This document shows, piece by piece, positions 1 through 7,774 of a stretch of 35,481 bases of DNA (positions are counted from its first letter, which is position 1; each line of letters begins with the position of its first letter). Position numbers and translations under genes: made by a program. The notes beneath the pieces are model-generated. The model had not been told where the DNA came from and made no database searches. It worked only from the letters and a program-made list of their open reading frames with translations. Source of the DNA: Gemmatimonadota bacterium (GTDB taxonomy: Bacteria > Gemmatimonadota > Gemmatimonadetes > Gemmatimonadales > Gemmatimonadaceae); assembly GCA_040389905.1 (NCBI GenBank), contig JAZJZK010000064.1, forward strand, positions 1-35,481, written 5' to 3'.

Positions 1-1776
1 CGCATCCCGAGGTTCCCGATCGGCGCGGTGTGGCGCGCGGTCCGGCGGGGGGACTCCGTCACGGGCGCCGGGGACGAGCAGCTTCTCCTCCCGCTCACAG
101 CGCCGAACGCCCGATCGTCATCGAGCCCTCCGCCGAGCTCCGCGACGCCGTCGAGCGCGCCCGAACATTGGGATGACATCCCGATCGTCCTCACCGAGGG
201 GACGAACAAGCGACTGCGCGCCGTGTCTGCGGCGGCGGGACGAGAGGGAGTACGTGCGGGCATGCGCATCACCGAAGCGCGCGCGCTGTGTGCGGACCTG
301 CACGAGTTTCCGTGGGACGACGTCGTCATTGGTGCCGCAATCACCGAGACGTCTGCGGCGTTGGTGGGGGCGAGCCCACAGGTGACGCCGGTCGATGGCG
401 CGCCGGGCCTGTGGTGGGTGGGCGCATCGGGCTTCGACGCCATTGGCGGCGAGCAGGAACTCGCGCGTGCGTTGCTCCGTGTCGCGAAGCGGTGGCATCC
501 GCGCCCTCGCGTCGCCATTGCGGGATCGTGCGTGGTTGCGCGTGCCGCCACGTGGGCTGGTGCGACCTTTCAGTCATCGGGTGGCGAACGGACACTCGTG
601 CACGTGGTTCCACCGGATCGTGACGCGGCCTATCTCGCGCCTGCCCCACTCGCGCTCGTCCCCATGGACGAGGAATTCCGCGCGGGGCTGCAGGCGCTTG
701 GTCTTCGGACCGTTGGGGCACTGGCCGCGCTCTCGGCCGAAGACGTCGAGCGTCGTTGGGGCGAGATCGGCATGCGTGCGTGGCGGCTCGCGCATGCGGA
801 GGATCCGAGGCGCCCGGTGCTCGCGCGTCCTCGCACACAGCCCTCGGTCGAAGTGGAGCTCACCACACCGGCGACGACGATGGAACCAATCCTCTTTCTC
901 GTGCGCGCGGCGCTCGACCGGCTTGTCGCCGAAATGATCGCGCACGGTCGAGCGGTGGCGGCCATTGCGATTACGCTGACGCTGGATGATGCGCGCGGGC
1001 CGCTCGTGAATGCGCCGGTGCACACGGTGACGCGTGAGGCGCGCACGGCAAAGCCGTTGGCGCGTGTGCTACCACTGTTCGAACGCTGCCGCGCGCTGCT
1101 CGACAGCTGGACGCTCGATGCACCGGTCAGCGCGGTGCGGGTGGCGATCGTCGCCGTGGCACCGCTGTCCGGTGAACAGGGCGACCTGCTCAACAAGTCG
1201 TGGCGCGATATCGGTGCGGCCGATGCGGCATTCGAGCGGCTGCGTGCAGAGCTGGGCGCGGGGACGATCGTCCGCGCGGAAGCGCAGGATACTCATCGGC
1301 CGGAAAAGGCGGGGGTGTGGCGGGAACTGCAGGAGGACAGGAACAGCGGAAACGGCGAAAGGGTGCAGGCCGACAAAACGAGCGGAAAGGGCGGAAAGGT
1401 GCAGGCCCTTCACTTCGTTCAGGGCGACAAAACGAGCGGACAGAGCGACAGAACGAGCGTGGGATATGCGCCTCCGTCGTTCCGACCAACACTCCACGTC
1501 GCCGAGCCACTCCCCGCCGCACCCGTCGCGCGCCGAGCGGTCGATCCGCCAGAGCCAGTGGATGTCGTCTGCGATGGGGATGTGCCGAGTGCCCTCACAT
1601 GGCGCGGCCAGTACATCACCATCACGCGCGCGCTCGGCCCGGAGCGGTTGTCCGGCGACTGGTGGGACGATGGCTATCGGCGCGACTACTGGCGATGCCA
1701 GAGCGGCGCCGGCGAGATGGTGGTGTTTCTCGATCAGGCCACCGAAGGATGGGCAATGCAGGCGTGGAGCGATTGA
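1..1776 (+). CDS. imuB: ImuB, inactive Y-family polymerase-like protein; true start probably upstream of the window
   Basis: Frame 1 reads RIPRFPIGAVW before the called start, like the first strand of ImuB. It has GVRAGMRITEARALC, LGLRTVGALAAL, a clamp-binding-like QGDLL and a C-terminal GPERLSGDWW...RRDYW domain. It lies upstream of dnaE2. Confidence 0.9.
   Translation, partial: RIPRFPIGAVWRAVRRGDSVTGAGDEQLLLPLTAPNARSSSSPPPSSATPSSAPEHWDDIPIVLTEGTNKRLRAVSAAAGREGVRAGMRITEARALCADLHEFPWDDVVIGAAITETSAALVGASPQVTPVDGAPGLWWVGASGFDAIGGEQELARALLRVAKRWHPRPRVAIAGSCVVARAATWAGATFQSSGGERTLVHVVPPDRDAAYLAPAPLALVPMDEEFRAGLQALGLRTVGALAALSAEDVERRWGEIGMRAWRLAHAEDPRRPVLARPRTQPSVEVELTTPATTMEPILFLVRAALDRLVAEMIAHGRAVAAIAITLTLDDARGPLVNAPVHTVTREARTAKPLARVLPLFERCRALLDSWTLDAPVSAVRVAIVAVAPLSGEQGDLLNKSWRDIGAADAAFERLRAELGAGTIVRAEAQDTHRPEKAGVWRELQEDRNSGNGERVQADKTSGKGGKVQALHFVQGDKTSGQSDRTSVGYAPPSFRPTLHVAEPLPAAPVARRAVDPPEPVDVVCDGDVPSALTWRGQYITITRALGPERLSGDWWDDGYRRDYWRCQSGAGEMVVFLDQATEGWAMQAWSD
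3..176 (+). CDS. 3' end of an upstream gene, probably ImuA (RecA-like accessory subunit); 5'-partial
   Basis: Frame 3 is open from the window edge (HPEVPDRRGVARG...ARTLG*) and stops at TGA 174-176. It lies directly 5' of imuB, where imuA is expected. The identity rests on synteny only. Confidence 0.45.
   Translation, partial: HPEVPDRRGVARGPAGGLRHGRRGRAASPPAHSAERPIVIEPSAELRDAVERARTLG
1362..1459 (-). repeat. REP-like family A elements in frame within imuB: one full hairpin (1397-1437), one internally deleted copy (1362-1386) and one end fragment
   Basis: The reverse complement of 1397-1437 matches intergenic 21409-21449 at 36/41 nt (hand alignment). CGACA(A/G)AACGAGCG occurs three times. Confidence 0.85.
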
Positions 1777-1793
1777 GGATGCGACCGCGTTAC

Positions 1794-2177
1794 TCAGGCT
1801 GCCGCAGCCACGGGAACCGGGCCAGCAGGAACGAGTTCTCGCCGCATCAAATCGATTCGGAGGTTCATGCCTTCGATTCCGATTGCACCGAGCAATGCCA
1901 TATCACCGTCTTGGGCAAAGACGACGACCGTCGCGGTCGATCGACCTCCAGCATAGAGCAGCGCGAATCCTACCTCGCGCTCGAGTATGCGACCATCGGC
2001 CGTCTCGAAGCGGTCGATCCGCACCGGCGCGACACCAAGCTGCACAAGCAGAGCGCTCGGAACCCAGTTGTACTCGCTACCGGTATCGACCATGACGTCA
2101 TACATCTCGTGCACCTGATCAGGCGCATGAAGCGGCGCGACACCCAGTGTCGTTCGAAAGATTCCCATGTCGGGCAT
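1794..2177 (-). CDS. Clan AA (retropepsin-like) aspartic protease, about 127 aa
   Basis: It has the VMVDTGSEY catalytic motif, a TADG flap and the C-terminal ALLG motif. An AAGGAG RBS lies 5 nt before ATG 2177. Confidence 0.85.
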   Translation of the reverse strand: MPDMGIFRTTLGVAPLHAPDQVHEMYDVMVDTGSEYNWVPSALLVQLGVAPVRIDRFETADGRILEREVGFALLYAGGRSTATVVVFAQDGDMALLGAIGIEGMNLRIDLMRRELVPAGPVPVAAAA

Positions 2178-2245
2178 TGTATCTCCTTTCGTCACGAGAT
2201 GCGTCATCAAATCATTTCCGAAAGGTACAATCGCATTCCGCGCGC

Positions 2246-5200
2246 ATGAAGTACGCCGAACTCCACTGCCACTCGTGCTTCTCGCTGCTCGACGGCGCGG
2301 CGTTGCCGGAAGTGCTCGTCGCACGCGCAAAGGAGCTTGGCCTCGCCGCACTCGCCATCACCGATCACGACGAACTCGGCGGCGTCGTGCGCTTCAAGGA
2401 CGCGGGGCTGGAAGCGGGACTCGATGCCATCATCGGCGCGGAACTCACGGTCGCCATCCGCAATCCAGGCAACGACGAACCACTCATCACCCACCTGCCA
2501 CTTCTCGCCGAAACACGCGAAGGCTACGGCAACCTCTCGACGCTCATCACACTTGCACGACGCGACGCACCACGCGGATCGCCATGCGTGACACTCGAGC
2601 AGGTTGCCTCCCACTCCGCGGGATTGTTCGCGCTCACTGGGTGTCCACGCGGGTGGGTCCCCACACTCATCACGCGCGGTGACGTCATCGGAGCGCGCAC
2701 CGCAGCGGCGACGTTGCGCGACATCTTCGGTGGACGCATTGCCATCGAGTGCTGGGATCATGGTCTTCCCGAGGAGCGCGAGACCTCCACACAGCTGATC
2801 GACGTCTCGCGCGCCATCGGTCTTCCATGGATCGTCACGAACGATGTGCATTACGCCCGCGCGCGCGACCGCATGGTGCACGACGTGCTCTGCTCGCTGC
2901 GACATCAGCGTCCCCTGGATCAAATGGGCACGCGTCTGCGGCCGAATGGCGAATGGTATCTCAAGAGCGCGGCGCAGATGGCGCGCCGGTGGCGGCATGC
3001 ACCAGAAGGCATTCGTGCAACGCTCGCCGTCGCGGAACGATGCGCCTTTCGTCTCGCGGATCTCAAGCCGTCGCTGCCATTGTTTCCCCTTCCCCATGGT
3101 ATCAGCGCAGACAGATACCTCGCCGATCTCGTCGAGCATGGCGCGCGCGAACGGTGGGGGCTGCCCGGAACAGCCACGCGCACAGCGGCACACGACAAGC
3201 AGATCGCGCACGAGCTCGCGCTCATCAAGAAGCTGAAACTTGCCGGGTACTTCCTCATCGTCTGGGACATCGTGCGCTTTGCGCGGCGCAAGGGCATCCT
3301 CTGCCAGGGGCGAGGCTCGGCGGCCAACTCGGTCGTGTGTTTTCTCCTGGCCATTACCGCCGTCGACCCGATCGCGCTCAGCCTCCTCTTCGAACGATTC
3401 CTGAGTGAGGATCGCAAGGAAGCACCTGACATCGACATCGACTTCGCGCATCGTGAACGCGAGGATGTGCTCCAGTATGTCTACGAACGATATGGGCGCG
3501 ACCGTGCGGCGATGGTCTGCGAACAGATCACCTATCGCGGCAAGAGTGCGGTACGCGACGCCGCGCGCGTCCTCGGTTTCAGCGTCGAGCAGGCCGCGAC
3601 GCTGTCGACGTTGAGCGATCGTTTCTCCGCGAAAGCCACCGCAGAGGCATTGCGCGCGAAACCGGAAAGTGACGACGCAGGCAATGCCGCACTCGCCGTG
3701 ACACTCGGCAACGACATGGTGCCGGGCACGGAAGCCAATACGCGATCGCGCGCCGAACGGGAAAAGGCGAAGCAGGTGGCGCATCCGATGTCGGCATCGG
3801 ACCGGCCGATGCCCAAGGCGGCGTACGAACCGTACGGAAGTCCGAATGCGAGACGACAGCAGGCGGTTGTCATCCCGAGCGAGCCCAACGGGCGAGTCGA
3901 GGGATCTGCACCTGTACGCATTCCGAATCCCATGCATGCTGCCGCGTCACGCGGCAACCGGTGGGAAGATCCGTATGCGAGCGACAACCACACCGAACGG
4001 CGCAATGCAACGACGGCGCTTCAACCGACCGAGGGAGCGAGCGTCATCGAGCGCGTCGGGCTCGATCCCAAAGACAAGCGTGTTCGCGCGCTCGCCGAGA
4101 TCGTGGAAGGGCTCCACCAGATTCCGCGGCATCGCTCGATTCACGTCGGTGGATTCGTGCTCACGAAGGAGCCGCTGCACACCGTCGTGCCAATCGAGCC
4201 GGCGAGCATGCCGGGTCGCACGGTCATCCAGTGGGAGAAAGACGATCTCGACCCCGCGGGCCTCGTCAAGATCGACCTACTCGGCCTCGGCATCCTGACG
4301 TTGATGCAGGATTGCATGAAGTACATCAAGGAAACGCGCGGGATCGATATCGACATGGCGACGATGCCCAAGGACGACCCGGCGGTCTACGATGATCTCT
4401 GCCGTGCGGACACGATCGGCGTCTTTCAGGTCGAGAGCCGAGCGCAGATGAACACGTTGCCGCGCCTCCGTCCGCGATGCTTCTACGACCTGGTCATCGA
4501 GGTGGCGATCATTCGGCCTGGCCCGATTCAGGGCGACATGGTGCATCCCTTCCTGCGCCGGCGGAACGGAGAGGAAGAAGTGACGTACCTGCACGAATCG
4601 CTCAAGCCGATTCTCGCGCGCACACTGGGCGTGCCCCTTTTTCAGGAACAGGGCATGCAGGTCGCGATCGCCGCGGCGAACTTCACGCCCGGCGAAGCCG
4701 ACGTGCTCCGCAAGGCAATGGGACACAAACGCAGCCGGGAGCGCATGGCGTCGATCGGCCAGAAGATGCTCGACGGCATGGCGGCCAACGGCATTGGACA
4801 GGTGGACTCGGAACGCATTTTCAATCAGATCAATGGATTCGCCGACTATGGGTTTCCGGAGAGTCACGCCGCGAGTTTTGCATTGCTCGTGTATGCGTCG
4901 GCGTGGTTGAAGCATCATTACGCGCCGGAGTTCACGGCGGCCATCCTCAATGCGCAGCCAATGGGCTTCTACGCGCCCGGTACGCTGGTGGAGGATGCTC
5001 GGCGACATGGTGTGGAGGTGCGGCCGGCCGATCTTACGCGTTCCGGCTGGGATGCAACATTGGAGCGTCGTGAGGAGGTGCAGATCCCTCGACTCGCGAA
5101 GCTCGCTCGGGATGACAATTCGTCCAGTGTCACCCCGAGCGAGCGTGCAGCGCCGAACGTTGTCACCCCGAGCGAGCGCGCAGCGCGAGTCGAGGGGTCT

Positions 5201-5947
5201 GCACCTCCCGCAGTTCGCCTCGGCATTCGCAGCGTTCGCGGACTCGGAGCAACGGCGCGCGACAAGTTGGAAGCCGCGTTGAAGGAAGGCCCGTTCACGT
5301 CCATCGAGGATGTGGTCCATCGCGCAGGACTCGATCGCCGAGCGCTGCGACACCTCGCCGAGGCGGGCGCATTCAATTCGATGCTGCCACACGAAACCGA
5401 CCTCCGAAAGCGGCGGGCCGCGTTGTGGGCTGTCCTCGATGCAGAGCGTGGCGATGCGGGTCCGCTCGCACCCAGACGCCCTGCGCATGTCGCCAGCGTG
5501 GAACGCGCGCCGGTGCCGGCCATGACGCCCGTCGAGCTAACGGAAGCGGATTATAGAATGACCGGTATTTCGCTGACCGGGCATCCCATGTCGCATGTCC
5601 GAAGCGTACTGGAAATGAATGATGTGCGTTGCGCCACCGATCTCCTGCGCAACGGTCGCGATGGCGAAACGGTCGCAATGGCAGGACTGGTGATCTGCCG
5701 GCAACGTCCCGGCACCGCGAAAGGCTTCGTCTTCCTGACGCTCGAGGACGAAACGGGGTTGGTGAATGTCGTCATCACGCCGAAGCGATTCGAAGCGCAA
5801 GCGCTGCTGATTTCGCGGACGCCGCTGTTGCTCGTGCGAGGTGTGCTTCAAGTGGAGCAGTCGGTCGTCAACATTCGCGCGAAGCAGTTTCGGGCACTCC
5901 AGGCCGCGGTGGGTGCGGAGTTCGCGAAACGACATGATTTCCATTGA
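2246..5947 (+). CDS. dnaE2: Error-prone DNA polymerase DnaE2 (ImuC)
   Basis: It has the PHP domain (YAELHCHSCFSLLDGA, TDHD, TNDVHY), GRGSAANS, PDIDIDF, KIDLLGLG, YGFPESHAASF, an OB fold (RQRPGTAKGFVFLTLEDE) and the DnaE2-type C-terminus RHDFH. Confidence 0.97.
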   Translation: MKYAELHCHSCFSLLDGAALPEVLVARAKELGLAALAITDHDELGGVVRFKDAGLEAGLDAIIGAELTVAIRNPGNDEPLITHLPLLAETREGYGNLSTLITLARRDAPRGSPCVTLEQVASHSAGLFALTGCPRGWVPTLITRGDVIGARTAAATLRDIFGGRIAIECWDHGLPEERETSTQLIDVSRAIGLPWIVTNDVHYARARDRMVHDVLCSLRHQRPLDQMGTRLRPNGEWYLKSAAQMARRWRHAPEGIRATLAVAERCAFRLADLKPSLPLFPLPHGISADRYLADLVEHGARERWGLPGTATRTAAHDKQIAHELALIKKLKLAGYFLIVWDIVRFARRKGILCQGRGSAANSVVCFLLAITAVDPIALSLLFERFLSEDRKEAPDIDIDFAHREREDVLQYVYERYGRDRAAMVCEQITYRGKSAVRDAARVLGFSVEQAATLSTLSDRFSAKATAEALRAKPESDDAGNAALAVTLGNDMVPGTEANTRSRAEREKAKQVAHPMSASDRPMPKAAYEPYGSPNARRQQAVVIPSEPNGRVEGSAPVRIPNPMHAAASRGNRWEDPYASDNHTERRNATTALQPTEGASVIERVGLDPKDKRVRALAEIVEGLHQIPRHRSIHVGGFVLTKEPLHTVVPIEPASMPGRTVIQWEKDDLDPAGLVKIDLLGLGILTLMQDCMKYIKETRGIDIDMATMPKDDPAVYDDLCRADTIGVFQVESRAQMNTLPRLRPRCFYDLVIEVAIIRPGPIQGDMVHPFLRRRNGEEEVTYLHESLKPILARTLGVPLFQEQGMQVAIAAANFTPGEADVLRKAMGHKRSRERMASIGQKMLDGMAANGIGQVDSERIFNQINGFADYGFPESHAASFALLVYASAWLKHHYAPEFTAAILNAQPMGFYAPGTLVEDARRHGVEVRPADLTRSGWDATLERREEVQIPRLAKLARDDNSSSVTPSERAAPNVVTPSERAARVEGSAPPAVRLGIRSVRGLGATARDKLEAALKEGPFTSIEDVVHRAGLDRRALRHLAEAGAFNSMLPHETDLRKRRAALWAVLDAERGDAGPLAPRRPAHVASVERAPVPAMTPVELTEADYRMTGISLTGHPMSHVRSVLEMNDVRCATDLLRNGRDGETVAMAGLVICRQRPGTAKGFVFLTLEDETGLVNVVITPKRFEAQALLISRTPLLLVRGVLQVEQSVVNIRAKQFRALQAAVGAEFAKRHDFH
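3867..3913 (+). repeat. REP-like family A element in frame in dnaE2 (encodes VIPSEPNGRVEGSAP)
   Basis: Sequence TTGTCATCCCGAGCGAGCCCAACGGGCGAGTCGAGGGATCTGCACCT, the same consensus as 5076-5206 and 26237-26327. Confidence 0.9.
5074..5208. repeat. Inverted doublet of REP-like family A plus a partial copy, in frame in dnaE2
   Basis: Minus-strand copy at 5076-5118, partial copy at 5128-5153 and plus-strand copy at 5160-5206. The block is bounded by GGAGGTGCAGA...TCTGCACCTCC and spans 135 nt (45 codons). Confidence 0.92.
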
Positions 5948-5998
5948 TGAGTGGGTCTGCGCAATTCGAGTGTTGGTTCCGCATTCAACCCTTTTTTG

Positions 5999-6130
5999 AA
6001 CCGCAGAGGACGCAGAGGCGCAGAGGGACGCGGAGGAAACCAGTCACCGTTTGTTTTGTCGAGCGGAATCTGCACCTGCCTTTATGCTGTTCCTCTGCGT
6101 ACCTCTGCTCCTCTGCGCCCTCTGCGGTAA
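5999..6130. repeat. Family B inverted repeat, (CGCAGAGG) x4 arms, between convergent genes; possible bidirectional terminator
   Basis: Arm 5999-6038 is an imperfect reverse complement of arm 6090-6130. Confidence 0.85.
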
Positions 6131-6183
6131 ACATGACACCCACGCTTCATTTACGTTGAGGCCTGGCAGAGTGCGACTCCTGT

Positions 6184-7674
6184 CTAACGCACGATCCCCG
6201 GTTGCACTGTCGGAAGTGCCGCTAATCGCTTCAATTCCCTCTCCGCTCCAACGACATCGCGCGCAACAATGAGATAGAGCGGCGCCCCGCTCGCCTGCTG
6301 CACGACGAACAACACGCTACCCGCACGCGCCGCCGAGCCAATCGCCGCCGCGGACCGTGCATCAATGAGTTTGTGCCTGGCGAGCACACTGACTCCGGGC
6401 GCAGCTATCACCATGATCCCCGCCAACCCCGGTGGTCGAGCAATCATCGCTGGCGAAAAACTCCGCATCGGTGCCGAGCTACCATAGAGGCTCGCGATGC
6501 CCAGCGTTGAGCGCGCCGCGTCCCGGATGCGACGCGACGCCCCGAGTGCATCGTCGACGAAGACAAAACTCTCCCCGAGTTGCAGTCTCGGCGAATCGAT
6601 GTCTTTGCCCAGCAACGCCGAGACCCGCGCGACGTACTCCGGAACCCACGCGGAGTCGTAGAGCGTGCCTCGACGCGTCACGACGGAATCCATCCACGAC
6701 AACAAGCCCTTCGCGATCGTGTCGATGGAGGGGTTGTTGTAAAACGATCGCGGCGTCGAGCGGTAGCGCTGCCAAGACTCCGGCGATCGCATGCTCCGCT
6801 CGATCATCCCATTGCCGAAAATCGTGGCGAGCCCCTCGTTCAGGAGATTGTAGGCCGCCATCGCGCCCTTCCCGCCAACAGCCACGAAGCGACTTCGCAA
6901 TCCGTCGTATTCGGGCGCCTGCCGAAAGATGAAGTGCGCAAGCTCGTGCAGCACCACCGACAACCGGCGCGTGGGCGACTCGCCCGGCAGGAACTCCACC
7001 ACCGAGTAGTTGCCGATTTGCTGCCCCGATAGACTCGCGCGCACGAGGTTGGGCCGAACGATCAGCGTCATCGTCACCGAGTCGTTCGCCGGCAACTCCG
7101 CATGGTAGAAGGCGGCGAAGTCTCCCAGCTGGCGGCGAATCGCGTCACGTTCGAGAAGGGCACGCGTCGAGTCGGCAAATCGCTGAAGCCCGGACGCCGC
7201 CTCGCGTTGCCACCAGCGATCGAACATCGGCCAGAAGTGCCGCGCCGCCCGACTCCACCGCGCGCGATCTTCCGGAAGCACGAGCAAATCGAGACGCAGG
7301 AGGAACGCATCGACGCTTTCGCTCTGGAATCCGGCGATGCGGATTCCTTCTCCCAGGTCCAGGCCTCGTGGCGTGCCCTGCGAATCGATGGCAACGTACC
7401 GCTGGTACCGAGCGCGCAGACGACGCCATTCGGCGAGCGCGTTGGAATCGGCCTTGCTGCGAAGGAGCTCCGCCTCCCACAACGCCGAAAAATCAGTACG
7501 CCCGCACGGCGCGATCGCCTCGCTGACGCAGTCGAGCTGATACAGGAAGTTGGACGCCTCGGACGCCCGCACGGTGACGCGCAGCGATTGCGCGGTCAGG
7601 GGCTCGGACGGCATCAGCGCGAATGCGAGAACGGCGGAGAAACGAGAAGCGAAGCGCATATGGGGAGTGAGCAT
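6184..7674 (-). CDS. Secreted hypothetical protein with a gluzincin-type Zn-metallopeptidase motif
   Basis: AAGGAG RBS precedes ATG 7674. The N-terminus is signal-peptide-like. VVLHELAHF is followed by NEGLA (HExxH...E). Confidence 0.7.
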   Translation of the reverse strand: MLTPHMRFASRFSAVLAFALMPSEPLTAQSLRVTVRASEASNFLYQLDCVSEAIAPCGRTDFSALWEAELLRSKADSNALAEWRRLRARYQRYVAIDSQGTPRGLDLGEGIRIAGFQSESVDAFLLRLDLLVLPEDRARWSRAARHFWPMFDRWWQREAASGLQRFADSTRALLERDAIRRQLGDFAAFYHAELPANDSVTMTLIVRPNLVRASLSGQQIGNYSVVEFLPGESPTRRLSVVLHELAHFIFRQAPEYDGLRSRFVAVGGKGAMAAYNLLNEGLATIFGNGMIERSMRSPESWQRYRSTPRSFYNNPSIDTIAKGLLSWMDSVVTRRGTLYDSAWVPEYVARVSALLGKDIDSPRLQLGESFVFVDDALGASRRIRDAARSTLGIASLYGSSAPMRSFSPAMIARPPGLAGIMVIAAPGVSVLARHKLIDARSAAAIGSAARAGSVLFVVQQASGAPLYLIVARDVVGAERELKRLAALPTVQPGIVR

Positions 7675-7774
7675 CGGACGCTCCTTCGACAAATGTCCGC
7701 CGCCGTTGGTTTTCCTATAATATTGTGCGGACGAGTTTTTCATCACCGCCCTTCTCTGCCAGATTGGAGCACCA

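Noticed and set aside
2178..2245. LexA box before dnaE2
   Set aside because: I recognised no SOS-box palindrome or direct repeat, and the imuA promoter is outside the window.
2147..2351. Longer N-termini given by the ORF track for dnaE2 and the protease
   Set aside because: They would overlap head to head. Conserved N-termini and the RBS support starts at 2246 and 2177.
2207..3937. 576-aa minus-strand ORF and other long antisense ORFs (4277-5488, 12845-14104, 18937-20106, 21962-23239, 28906-30057, 30980-32098)
   Set aside because: These are shadow ORFs of real genes in high-GC DNA, with no recognisable motifs.
3661..4040. Intein in DnaE2
   Set aside because: There are no C/S...HN-C/S/T splice motifs and no LAGLIDADG blocks. 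The insert is low-complexity.
5999..6130. CRISPR-like array from the CGCAGAG repeats (also 18854-18995)
   Set aside because: The units are 8-10 nt with no unique spacers and form inverted arms. There are no cas genes.
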